Part shown: piece after piece, positions 12,919 through 24,541 of the stretch
Numbering within the stretch: position 1 is the first letter of the stretch
Layout of the letters: each line of letters starts with the position of its first letter
From: Octopus vulgaris
Lineage: Eukaryota
Length of the DNA: 64,000 nt
Assembly: GCA_951406725.2 (NCBI GenBank)
Contig: OX597816.1
Location: 166,098,001 to 166,162,000, forward strand
Reading direction: 5' to 3'
The notes under the pieces: model-generated
Told to the model about the DNA's origin: nothing
The model's database searches: none
The model's input: only the letters and a program-made list of their open reading frames with translations
Program-made: the position numbers and the translations under genes

Positions 12919-13145
12919 AGCTGGCAGAAACGTTAGCACGCCGGGCGAAAGGCGTAGCCGTATTTCGTCTGTCGTTACGTTCTGAGTTCAAATTCCGCCA
13001 AGGTAGACTTTGCCTTTCATCCCTTCGGGGTCGATTAAATAAGTATCAGTAACGCACTGGGGTCAATATAATCGACTTGATCCGTTTTTCTGTTCTTGTT
13101 TGTCCTCTCTTTGTTTAGCCCCTTGTGGGTAGTAAAAAATAGATA
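12919..13145 (+). mobile_element. SINE family A
   Basis: AGCTGGCAGAAACGTTAGCACGCCGGGCG...GAGTTCAAATTCCGCC. Confidence 0.85.
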
Positions 13146-13617
13146 TAACAGCATAAATGACATAAATGACAACCAGAAAAAGAAACCAACCCGCTCGCAC
13201 GTTACAAATACAATCTGTAAGCGGAACAGTACAAATATGCAAGACTTTCCTCAAGTTTAAAATGTGATGTTTTTGTTATCTACATTCCAATTATGGAACT
13301 TAGAAACCAGCTTCTTCTTCAGATTTAGAATTTAATTAAATACTGAACAGAATATACAGACATACAATCAATCAATCAATCTTGTGCTGAACACTCGAAT
13401 CTGAGCCAGTGTGGGTTTTTCACACGTTGGGATTACTATTACAATTATATACCTTATGTAAGATATATATGTGTGCGTGCGTGTGTGTGTGTGAGAAAGA
13501 GAGAGAGAGATTGTAGATGTGTATATTTGCACACTTGCAAATATACATATATATATATTACTTACATACATACATACACATATATGTATGTATATATACA
13601 CATATATACATATATGT

Positions 13618-13675
<58 letters not shown>

Positions 13676-14681
13676 GTGTGTATGTGTGTGTATGTATGTA
13701 TGTATGTATGTATGTTTGTGTATGTGTGTGTGTGTGTGTGCATTCTTCTCTCTTTTTTCTTTTCCCTCTTAATCAATGGCTTCCTTCTTAATCTCTTAAT
13801 CTCTCTTATTTTCTCCAGAAACATGATGTTTCTCTGATATTTAGTTTTATCGATCTGTTGCCATTCCGTATTTTCACCACGCGCGCGCGCATACATACAG
13901 ACACACACAGACTGATAACTATGAAATCACTCACCCACACAACCGATCCTCTGACCCTTAAACGAGCTGAGTCCCTTTCTTGCTGTCCTTCAACCTCATC
14001 TACAACCATTGCCATTGCTCCCTTCTAAGCATCAGACATTAAAAGATAAGTACCGAAGCTAGCTTATTCGACTAAATAACAGTTTCAATGCGCTGCTCCA
14101 GTATGACCGCAGATCATTGACCGTAACAAGTAAAAAGATAAGACAAAATGTGGAATTTCCACATTGTCTCTCTAACTGGTTTTTTTTTTTTTTTTGGGTG
14201 GGGGTTATATGATGAAGTGGCCGAATCGGTGGAGCAGTGGACAAAACCTTTTGTAGTATTACGTTGCCTTTTGCGTTCCGAGTTCAAATCGTCCTCGGGT
14301 AAATTTTATCTTTTACCATTCTAAGATTGATAAAATAAAGAAACAGTTTAAGGCGACGGATTAGCAGAATCTGTTGAGGGATATTTATTCCAGCTCTTCT
14401 TTTGTTCTTTGTTCAAATTGCGCCACTGCCACCTGGTATATTCGGTACCTTTAGAAAGGTCCACTTTGTTACAACGATTCGGGCCAAGTCTCCTCTGATT
14501 CAAGGATGTCACCCGCCTACCAGTTTTGTGAGCCGTGGAAAGATTCCTGGGAAATGGCCTTCCCTTCTGACTGAGCAATAAAAAAGTACAAGAACCAACA
14601 CAATCAACTCTTCTATCCACCTCTGCACTTTCTGTCCATGGCCAATGAGGTAAATCCGAGGTGTGGTGATTGCTAGTTGAA

Positions 14682-14770
<89 letters not shown>

Positions 14771-14783
14771 CATCATTATTATA

Positions 14784-14961
14784 GCGCAGGAGTGGCTGTG
14801 TGGTAAAGTAGCTTGCTAACTAACCACATGGTTCCGGGTTCAGTCCCACTGCGTGGCATCTTGGGCAAGTGTCTTCTGCTATAGCCCCGGGCTGACCAAT
14901 GCCTTGTGAGTGGATTTGGTAGACGGAAACTGAGAGAAGCCTGTCGTATATATGTATATAC

Positions 14962-14993
<32 letters not shown>

Positions 14994-15203
14994 TTGTGTG
15001 TCTGTGTTTGTCCCCCTAGCATTGCCTGACAACCGATGCTGGTGTGTTTACGTCCCCGTCACTTAGCGGTTCGGCAAAAGAGATTGATAGAATAAGTTCT
15101 GGGCTTACAAAGAATAAGTTCCGGGGTCGATTTGCTCGACTAAAGGCGGTGCTCCAGCATGGCCGCAGTCAAATGACTGAAACAAGTAAAAGAGTAAAAG
15201 AGT
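14784..15203 (+). mobile_element. Bipartite SINE family C (tRNA/CORE-like head, internal microsatellite, conserved 3' half)
   Basis: GGAGTGGCTGTGTGGTAA..GGTTCAGTCCC..CTTGGGCAAGTGTCTT head, internal (TA)/(TG), then GACAACCGATGCTGGTG..GCTCCAGCATGGCCGCAGTC, tail (AGTAAAAG)n. Confidence 0.85.
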
Positions 15204-15221
15204 ATTATTATTATTATTATT

Positions 15222-15390
15222 GAGTGAGAGAGCAGTTCATGCCATCAAAGTGACACTGGGGTAAAATATACGAAGCCCGATATACCCATCATGACTACCC
15301 GTCTGATAAAGGTACACCAGGCACATGCATCACAACCATATGTGCGCGACATGGTAATCATATAACTCTTCATCATTATGCCATAGGCCA
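15222..15390 (-). mobile_element. Short repeat embedded in (TAA)n
   Basis: TGAGTGAGAGAGCAG..ATGCCATCAAAGTGACA is the reverse complement of 41686-41720, which is also followed by (TAA)n. Confidence 0.6.
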
Positions 15391-15393
15391 TTG

Positions 15394-15470
<77 letters not shown>

Positions 15471-15471
<1 letters not shown>

Positions 15472-15790
15472 GAAAACTCACAGCTTATTTTGCTGGGTAT
15501 GATGGAAAGTGTCAGCTGTCCACAACCAGCAGAGTAAGGGGACACTTGTTTACTGGTCATGCTTCAGGAGCCCTGCCAAGAATTCTTACAGTTCCAAGCA
15601 ATGCTGATTTTTGTAGGTGTCCTACCTTCACACTTGCACCAATCTTTTTTTCGCCATGTTGGTAGTTGAGTGTTGATACTTCCAAGTGCACCAATTACTA
15701 TTGGTATCACATCTACTCTCTTCATTGACCACAACCTTCGTATTTCCCATTTCAAATCGCCGTAAAAGATAAAGTTGTTTATTTTTTCCC
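15471..15790 (-). mobile_element. Dong-like R4 retrotransposon 3' end, copy 1
   Basis: KWEIRRLWSMKRVDVIPIVIGALG. Flanked by (TAA)n on both sides. Confidence 0.85.
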
Positions 15791-15819
15791 TATTATTATT
15801 ATTATTATTATTATTATTG

Positions 15820-15896
<77 letters not shown>

Positions 15897-15897
<1 letters not shown>

Positions 15898-16311
15898 GAA
15901 AACTCACAGCTTATTTTGCTGGGTATGGTGGAAAGTGTCAGCTGTCCACAAACCAGCAGAGTAAGGGGACACTTGTGTACTGGTCATGCTTCAGGAGCCC
16001 TGCCAAGAATTCTTACAGTTCCAAGCAATGCTGATTGTTGTAGGTGTTTTACCTTCACACTTGCACCAATCTTTTTTAGCCATATTGGTAGTTGAATGTT
16101 GATACTTCCAAGTGCACCAATTACTATTAGTATCACATCTACTCTCTTCATTGACCACAACCTTCGTATTTCCCATTTCAAATCGCCGTAGTTGTTTATT
16201 TTTTCCCTCTTCTTTCACATTGATCCTGTTGTCGATAATCGTACATGTTCTTTCTTTATTATTCGCCACAACAATGTCCGGTTTCCTGTCTGGTCAACAG
16301 ATCGCACTGGA

Positions 16312-16313
<2 letters not shown>
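15897..16313 (-). mobile_element. Dong-like R4 retrotransposon 3' end, copy 2
   Basis: IQCD..RKPDIVVANNKERTCTIID (RLE PD..D motif), KWEIRRLW..VIGALG..LQQSALLGTVRILGRA. Flanked by (TAA)n. Confidence 0.88.
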
Positions 16314-16378
<65 letters not shown>

Positions 16379-16520
16379 AACGTTTGCTCCTTAACCACAA
16401 GGTTCCAGATTCAGTCCCACTGCGTAACATCTTAGGTATGTACAGTATCTCCTCCTAATAAGCTCAGGCTGACCAAATCCTTGTGAGTGGATTTGGTAGA
16501 CGAAAACTGAAAGAAGCGCA

Positions 16521-16596
<76 letters not shown>

Positions 16597-17169
16597 CGTA
16601 AGTCCATAACTCAGAAAAAAGACGCACTCGTATATCTGACAATAGAGTGGGTATATTATCTGAAGTGTTTAGTATTATATCAGGTCATCCCATAAGTTCT
16701 GTCCGATTTTACTGGGCCATTGCGCCTCCACACAAAATAATACACAGCCGCGGTCATACAGGAATTGGCATCGTGTGGCGCATACGCCACGGAAACCAAA
16801 ACAAAGGGACCGTGCGGCGAAATTCAAAGCTAGCCGGATTTCTGGTGATTCCGGATTTTTGGATTCCGGATAGAAGGTTCGGTACCTGTACTGACACAGT
16901 TTTACACTCAACAATGAATTCTAGGTATTATCTAAATGTAATCTTTAGTTCTACAAATTAGTAGTTTTTTAACTAGATGTCTGTTCTGATTTTATCTGGT
17001 ATTTACAGATAATTATACGTAATTGATGATTTCATTCTAAAACAGTAAATTGCTTTGAAGTCTGCAAAAAAAACATCGACTAACTAAAAGTCAGTTGAAG
17101 ACGAATTCACACGATCAGTCATCTATGAACTTAGCTGTCCAAAACATATAAAATGCAAAAACTACACCG

Positions 17170-17237
17170 TTTTCGTTGCGTCTTGCAACCTTTTCAATAG
17201 TCAAGACTATTGAAAAGGTTGCAAGACGCAACGAAAA
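17170..17237. repeat. Perfect 33-bp inverted repeat with 2-nt loop
   Basis: TTTTCGTTGCGTCTTGCAACCTTTTCAATAGTC-AA-GACTATTGAAAAGGTTGCAAGACGCAACGAAAA. Confidence 0.95.
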
Positions 17238-17461
17238 TTTTAGGAAAATAAAAATAAGAAATAGGTGGAAATTTTACCGGTGAGTGTGTTAAATTATAAG
17301 GCACAAAAAGAAAATGACTCTTCCCAGACACAACAGAATATGCTTTAACACACGAACTCATATAAAGAATCTTGCAAACCAAATCCAAAAACGAAATACA
17401 CCGTTTCTATTCGATCGACTTCCATAATGAGAACCGATATAGGAGTATAATAATCATTTGT

Positions 17462-18700
17462 GGCACTCCGTCGGTTGCGACGACGAAGGTTCCAGTTGAT
17501 CCTGCCAGAGATTTGAAACCAAATCCACCTGCTTATTGCTTGTCTGTCAGCTGATGCACTTTCACCTTGCATCTTAATGGAGTGATAACCTCTTCGCTCC
17601 TTAAATCTCATGAACCATCCTTGACCAGCACAGGTCCTAGGGGGTCGAGGGTTTCCTCATCAGTCATCTGGTGAGGAGAGGATTTCCCGCTCGTTTCAAG
17701 CAGGTGGATTTGGTTTCAAACTGGAGAGTAGTGTAGGGGTCTAGCTTGACCCTGCCTGAAATTTGAAATCAAATCCACCCGCTTGCTGCTTGTCAAAACG
17801 AACGGGAAATCTTCTCCACACTAGATGATTGATGAGGAAACGCTCGACCCCCTAGGACCTGTGCTGGTCAAAGAAAGGTCAGTCCTTTGTTTAGGGTTTG
17901 ACCTACATTACTGACCATAGTTTATATAACAGAGAACCTCCTATCTCTTCCTCTTTTGTGTCAGTGAGAGCAAGGAGCAACACACTCTTTTCCGTCACCA
18001 TGATCAAGAGCAGCACTTTGCTCGGCCGCAAGAAAAATGATGCCACCTCTATCCTTTCTTCCTTTCTAGTGAGCACCGTACATTCCTTACTCTTTCACTC
18101 TCTACTGACAGACAACCTTTTTCTACACTATCAACTACTTACCAGCGAGCCAACCTTGTTGTCACTATCGCTAGAATTGCTACTATCTCTTTAACTACCT
18201 GTCGGACAAACGAATAAACATATGTAAATAATATTTCTTCCTTCATGGTGTTGATTTTTCGATGTTTACTGGTACTCCGACGCGAGAACTTTGAAGCGTT
18301 ACACCTACGCGCTACATTCAGTAGTGAGCTACACCATATCGACCTGATATCACATCTTTCATTCAGCCCACTACAATCCGATCGACGGAACAGCCTGCTC
18401 GTGAAATTAACGTGCAAGTGGCTAAGCACACCTCAGACACGTGTACCTTTAATGTAGTTCTCAGGGAGATTCGGCGTAACACAGAGTGTGTCAAGGCTGG
18501 CCCTTTGAAATACAGGTACAACAGAAACAGGAAGAAAGAGTGAGAGAAAGTTGTGGTGAAAGAGTACAGGATGGTTTGCCACTACCCTCTGCCGGAGCCT
18601 CGTGGAGCTTTAGGTATTTTCAACAATAAACACAACGCCTGATCTAGGAATCGAAGCCGTGAGTCCGCTGCCCTAACCACTGGGCCACTGCGCCTTCACA
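17462..18700 (-). mobile_element. SINE family B split by an 873-bp insertion
   Basis: The 3' tail at 17462-17502 and the remainder at 18376-18700 rejoin as GTTGATCCGATCGACGG. Confidence 0.85.
17503..18375 (+). mobile_element. Probable solo LTR containing a pogo/Tigger transposase fragment
   Basis: TG...CA ends and 4-bp TSD ATCC/ATCC, TTTATATAA near 17920, AATAAA at 18213. Minus strand has GWFMRFKERRGYHSIKMQGESASAD (pogo/CENP-B HTH). Confidence 0.65.
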
Positions 18701-18873
18701 TAATTATTTGTAATGCAGGTACAAAGCTACTAATTTAAAATCAAAAAAATAATCGACTGAATTGATCATAATATTTGATTAGTGCATATTTTATTGGTTT
18801 TGTAAAAGTTGAAAGCAAGTGTCGACCTCGCTGTGCGAATTCGATCTGTGATGTGCAGTATGGTTTGTACATA

Positions 18874-19014
18874 CAGCAGCGTAGCTAGAGGTGGGGGCCG
18901 TAGGGGCGGTCCACCCGGACGGCATTTTTGGGTTTGTTGTAGGCAAAATGTGGGGTCCGGAGACTGCAAACGGAAGGGCCGTCACGGGCGGCACACACTC
19001 TAGCAACGCTAGTG
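18874..19014. mobile_element. hAT-type MITE (141 bp)
   Basis: Imperfect TIR CAGCAGCGTAGCTAGAG / CTCTAGCAACGCTAGTG and a perfect 8-bp TSD TGTACATA. Confidence 0.85.
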
Positions 19015-19073
19015 TGTACATATATTCAGTTTAAGTGACAATGTAGGAGCATTCAACGATCGTCCATCTAGAC

Positions 19074-19709
19074 CAGCGGTTCTTAACCACGGCCCATATG
19101 GCCCTTGGAGATCCATGTAAGATTTTATGTTAAACTTTGTCATAATTTATGTGGTTATATTTCTTCAGTACACAAAATATTTTAACAGTCTTTTAATACA
19201 ATTTCAAATATTATTCAATAATAAAAATATAGGATTACTAGCAGTATCGCCCGGCGTTGCTCGGGTTTGTTTCGACCTTTTAGAATTGGAATTTTTGAAA
19301 AGTAAAAATTTTGTATTATGTAGCTTGTTATTTTCTTTGAGTGAACACTTTTCTGGTTGAAATACACCGAAAAATGGTGACATAGCAGTAAAAAAAATCG
19401 TAAAAAATAGGGATTTTCATAGAAAAAAATCACCTTTTTGATGTAAATAATTTTTGGTCTTAACATGGTCCGATTTGAATATTTTATTCTACGGAAGGAA
19501 GAGCAAGCCTTCTTCTATCATACTCTCAATTTTGGTCAACTTGCGCCGCAGGGTTTCGGGGGAGATAGTGTTAGTTGAAGGCTACCAAAATTGCCATACA
19601 CAGATAACTTCAACTTTATATATATAGAGATTTTAAACATCGAATGGCTATGATGGTCCACCCGAGGAATGAAAAAGGTCCGTGGGTAAAAACTGGATGA
19701 GAAACACTG
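19074..19709. mobile_element. Degenerate hAT (Charlie-like) MITE interrupted by a Helitron
   Basis: CAGCGGTTCTTAACC ... GGATGAGAAACACTG termini. Left flank is ATCTAGAC; the right TSD is not preserved. Confidence 0.5.
19238..19630 (-). mobile_element. Non-autonomous Helitron
   Basis: CTAGCAGTATCGCCCGGCGTTGCTCGGG at the left end and ..TATATAGAGA at the right, in A/T context. Confidence 0.88.
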
Positions 19710-19947
19710 ATCCTGTGTTATAATCGATTTCATCGATCGCAGTGCTTGGTTGGTCGTTATTTATCAACCCAGCAACTATGAAAGGCAATGTTGATCCCGT
19801 TGTGGTTTTCACTCAGAATGTAAAGTAACGCAAATGTCGTTCACCGGTGGCTATTCGTCCTTGAGAAATTCGATTAAAGTAATGTCGTTGCCGTTGATAT
19901 CAGTAATGCATTTGGACCGGTCTGGTCCGAGAAGCTCCATATTTAGA

Positions 19948-20165
19948 AGGCGGTGAGCTGGCAGACTCGTTAGCACGCCGGGCGAAATACGTAGCCGTAT
20001 TTCGTCTGCTGTTACGTTCTGAGTTCAAATTCCGCCGAGGTCGACTTTGCCTTTTATCCTTTCGGGGTCGATAAATTAAGTACCAGTTACGCCCAGGGGT
20101 CGATGTAATCGACATAATCCGTTTGTCCCCTCTGTGTTTAGCCCCTTGTGGGCAGTAGTGAAATA
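19948..20165 (+). mobile_element. SINE family A
   Basis: Full head and body match the other copies. Confidence 0.88.
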
Positions 20166-20456
20166 CATATTTAGAAGTCTCATAAATCTTGTGTATCTTG
20201 ATTCAAGAAGTTTCTGTCGGAACGTACCACCATGGAGGGCGCTGATAAGACTTTCCCTGATCCTTATTCTATTGTTTCGCCTCGTTCATTATCCTCCCTT
20301 AACCATTCGTACACAGAAGTTATCTACCTACAACCTGGACACCATACACAAAACCTGGACTGCCACAATGAACTGAAGCCTCCGATAAGAGACATAATAA
20401 CTTAGTAATGTTATCAGTCCGAATATGCTTGATGCGAGTTCGAACTGAGGACAAGC

Positions 20457-20906
20457 GGATCTTTTCGGTTTGAAAGGCAGTTTTTTAAAATAATTTCCAC
20501 GTAACCAAACACTTTTAAACTTCGTATACTGGTAGAATGTGTTTATAAAACATCTTTTTCTCTTGGCGTTATTGACAAAAATTCTATAGTTTGTAAGATA
20601 TTTGTTGTTTTTTCTTCAATTTCTGCAATTTCAACCAATCAATGACGTCTATTGAGGTGAAAACATTCTGTGCCGTATGAATATGTCCCTCGTTTAAGAA
20701 ACAGATTGGGTTTATTTACATTTGTGAAGAAAAAAAGATACTCTTCCCCCACCCCTAATCCTAACCCTAACCCTAACTAACCCTAACTCTAACCCTAACC
20801 CTAAAACAGATTGAAATGCAATAGATCGATACTAGGGTCACAATTATGGGTGACAATTTCATATGACACCGCTAGAAAAAAACTGCCGTTCAAACCGAAA
20901 AGATCC
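20457..20906. mobile_element. MITE with 30-bp TIRs, 8-bp TSD and internal (CCCTAA)n
   Basis: GGATCTTTTCGGTTTGAAAGGCAGTTTTTT / AAAAAACTGCCGTTCAAACCGAAAAGATCC, TSD GGACAAGC/GAACAAGC, CCCTAA repeats at 20752-20805. Confidence 0.9.
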
Positions 20907-21309
20907 GAACAAGCTACTCACTGAGTCTTGTCACAGAGAATATATCTCGCTTGCTGACAAATGGTGTGTATACAGCTAAATCAGTTCGCAGCGCCATCTA
21001 CCTACACTGTGTGATGTTAACATTTCGGAGTAGTTATCTCCTCTTTGGTCACAGACACTAAGCAGACGACACTACGAGCTGAACTAAGAGTTTACCTCTC
21101 TTATGCTTTTCCAGTCACTGTGTGCTGACTGACAGCGCTATAGGGCGGTTCACCGGAGTGGGAGCGCTAAGCAGTGATAAGGGAAATTGCAATGCTATTA
21201 TCAGTCCGAGTATGTTTGAGGCACGTTCGAACTAAGGAACAAACTACTCTCTATGTTTTGTCACAGAGAATATATGTCGCTTGTTGACAAATGGTGCGTA
21301 TACAGCTAA

Positions 21310-21693
21310 GTGGAGGCGCAATGGCCCAGTGGTTAGGGCAGCGGACTCGCGGTCATAGGATCGCGGTTTCGATTCCCAGACCGAGCGTTGTGAGTGTTTA
21401 TTGAGCGAAAACACCTAAAGCTCCACGAGGCTCCGGCAGGGGATGGTGGTGATCCCTGCTGTACTCTTTCACCACAACTTTCTCTCACTCTTACTTCCTG
21501 TTTCTGTTGTACCTGTATTTCAAAGGGCCGGCCTTGTCACTCTCTGTGTCACGCTGAATATCCCCGAGAACTACGTTAAGGGTACACGTGTCTGTGGAGT
21601 GCTCAGCCACTTACACGTTAATTTCACGAGCAGGCTGTTCCGTTGATTCGGATCAACCGGAACCCTCGTCGTCGTAACCGACGGAGTGCTTCC
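21310..21693 (+). mobile_element. Full-length SINE family B with 10-bp TSD
   Basis: TGGCCCAGTGG A box, GTTTCGATTCC B box, TSD ATACAGCTAA/ATACGGCTAA. Confidence 0.92.
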
Positions 21694-22135
21694 ATACGGC
21701 TAAATCAGATTGCAGCGCCATCTACCTACACACTGTGAGATGTTGATATTTCGGAGTAGTTATCTCCTCTTTGGTCACAGACACTAAGCAGACGACACTA
21801 TGAGCTGAATTAAGAGATTACCTTTCTTATGCTTTTCCAATCACCGTACGATGACTGGCAGCGCTATACGGTGGCTCACCATAAGTAAATAACGGAGGGG
21901 GAAGTGCTAAGCAGTGATAAGGGAAATTGCAATGCTATTATCAGTCCGAGTATGTTTGATGCAACGTTCGAACTGGGGAACAAGCTACTCGTTGCGTTTT
22001 ATCACAGAAAATATATCTCGCTTGTTGACAAATGGTGTATATTTGTAATGAGTTTCGCACTTGCTAGTTTACTTCAGAATCCCCGAAACATCGTTATAAG
22101 TATTAGACTTTGCAATCTCTGGATGGCGACAAGAC

Positions 22136-22136
<1 letters not shown>

Positions 22137-22217
<81 letters not shown>

Positions 22218-22293
22218 CGTGCGTGCGTGTGTGCGTGCGTGTGTGTTTATGTGTGTGTGTGTGTACGCGCGTGCGTTTGTGCGTGCGTGTGTG

Positions 22294-22324
<31 letters not shown>

Positions 22325-22359
22325 ATTTGTGTGTGTGTGCGTGCGTGCGTGCATGAACG

Positions 22360-22439
<80 letters not shown>

Positions 22440-22445
22440 TGTGTG
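22137..22445. repeat. (TG)n/(TGCG)n microsatellite
   Basis: Direct reading. Confidence 0.95.
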
Positions 22446-24046
22446 AAGAGAGAGAGAGATAAACAAGTGTATCGGGTGAGTTTAGGAGGCAGTAGTGGAT
22501 AATCATCTAGCACTGAAGATCAGATTTGGTTGTATTGGAGGGAGAATAAGAAAAGAGGCAGATGCGTTGAAGGATTAGTTTAGGATGTGTGGTGGTTATT
22601 CTTACTGACCGGGTCTGAAAGATTGGGAAGCAGGTATGTCCTTCACAGACCCTTCGAGGCAAGAGAGATAGATGAGTTTGCTGTACAAGGCAGAGAAGAA
22701 GGGATTCTGCGTATATAACATGGCTAAAACTCTGCTCGGTTACTGAACTTCTACGAGCCTAAATAAAATATAAAACAATACGGCTGTTATATCTGTGTTG
22801 CTCCACACACAAACATTCCAGGTGTATCCAAAAGAAAACCACTCGACTGATTGGCAAAAAACTTATACTAACCAACAGAAACAAACCGGACCACATCTTT
22901 AAAAAATGCCCTCGACTAATTGACAAACAATCACTTCCTATGTTACCGACCAGTGAGATCTCGTTATAAAGCAACTCAATAAAAGCAATGTTGTTGCCCA
23001 AGGCTACAGTAAAGCTTTTGACTGTATCTGTTATGTGAAACTCTTATCGAAACATGCCACCTATAGAATCCATCCTTCCTTTTTTCTTTTGATAGCTTCC
23101 TACGAGACTCTCCCTTTCCTTCCTAAATTCAACTGTCCACTTTTACACTGTTAATAAAGCTGGGACTACCATGTCTTTGGCGCTAAACCCTTTTCTGCAG
23201 GCACTTGCTAACACCACGATGCCGAATTTTGTCCATTTCCGAGAGAATCCGTAATCGTTACATTTGAACTCTTCTTTGAACAGTGAGATGTCAGTTTTCC
23301 TCGAAAGAAACAATGCAGTTGTTAATAAGAGCTGAAATTAACGCATGCATGATTTCACAGCTGTGTTATCACTCCCTCGTAGTCAGCCAATGACCTTTTC
23401 AACCCACCCTCGTATCATGTTGCACTATGGCTTCGAGAACTGACGAGGTTCTTTCTGGTCCTTCCCATCAAGATCAGAAAATTGTTATTATGTGAATCCT
23501 CGTCCACTTGTATGTTACTGTCGGCACTGTAATATTCTTGTCGCCACTATTATATTGTGGCGGTATTTCGGGTCTTATTATCTTTGACTCGTCTATCGTG
23601 CTGTCACTAATAGTTCCGGTAACTCGAATTCGTATATCTCACGTAACTGACACTAACTCTAACTGAGAACTACAACGGCTCTACTACTACTGACTCCTAC
23701 GACTGGTTGTCTGACTTTGTAGAACAAGTACCAGTTGGACACTGAAGGTCGAAGTAATCGACATAAATCCACCCCCACCTCACCCTCGAAATTGCTGGCC
23801 TGGTGCCAAAATTTGATATCAATACTTATTGGTTTATGAAACGCCGAAGAGGCCTCTACACAAGCTTAGTTTCTAGAACTAGAAGCTAAATCTCCCACGA
23901 TTCAGTCTTGGAAAACAAAAGAGAGCACGTTTGATTATGCAGGACTGTGATAATTGTACATAGAGAAAAAGACAAATGGGCATGGCTGGAATCGAGATTG
24001 ACTCGAGACTGTAGAGGGTGGTGGTGGATATACAACAACTGCAACA

Positions 24047-24206
24047 GTAGGAGTGGCTGTGTGGTAAGTAGCTTGCTTACGAACCACATGGTTCCGGGTT
24101 CAGTCCCACTGCGTGGCACCTTGGGCAAGTGTCTTCTACTATAGCTTTCAACTGACCAATGCCTTGTGAGTGGATTTGGTAGACGGAAACTGAAAGAAGC
24201 CTGTCG

Positions 24207-24266
<60 letters not shown>

Positions 24267-24284
24267 TGTGTATGTGTTTGTGTA

Positions 24285-24345
<61 letters not shown>

Positions 24346-24541
24346 CCCCACCCCCAACATCGCTTGACAACCGATGCTAGTGTGTTTTCGTCCCCGTAAC
24401 TTAGCGGTTCGGCAAAAGAGACCGATGGAATAAGTACTAGGCTTACAAAAAATAAGTCCTGGGGTCGATTTGCTCGACTGAAGGCGGTGCTCCAGCACGG
24501 CCACAGTCACATGAGTGAAACAAGTAAAAGAGTAAAAGAGT
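24047..24541 (+). mobile_element. SINE family C
   Basis: Same head and tail as 14784-15203, with an expanded internal (TG)n. Confidence 0.88.

Larger units (their letters stand above)
20398..22043. repeat. ~330-345-bp tandem repeat (about 2.4 units) with nested MITE and SINE
   Basis: TTATCAGTCCGA..GTTCGAACT..CACAGA..GACAAATGGTG recurs at ~20411, ~21198 and ~21938. GCAGCGCCATCTACCTACAC occurs at ~20988 and ~21711. Confidence 0.9.

Noticed and set aside
20752-20805. (CCCTAA)n as a telomere or fusion scar
   Set aside because: It is short and lies inside a TIR/TSD-bounded MITE.
20988-21003. CTCF-like GCGCCATCTA in the tandem unit
   Set aside because: Only a partial motif match; the 3' TGG part is absent.
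21310-21385. tRNA genes at SINE heads (also 31553, 53825, 60146, 19948)
   Set aside because: A/B boxes are present, but there is no complete acceptor stem and each continues into a shared SINE body, some with TSDs.
21394-21646. Recurrent 61-67-aa ORFs (also 31687, 53909, 53961)
   Set aside because: They recur only because they lie inside young SINE copies; no domain or codon evidence.
22044-23720. Possible LTR-retrotransposon remains (PBS-like TGGCGACAAG at ~22124 plus and ~23538 minus)
   Set aside because: I could not define LTR pairs, TSDs or a convincing gag/pol peptide by eye.
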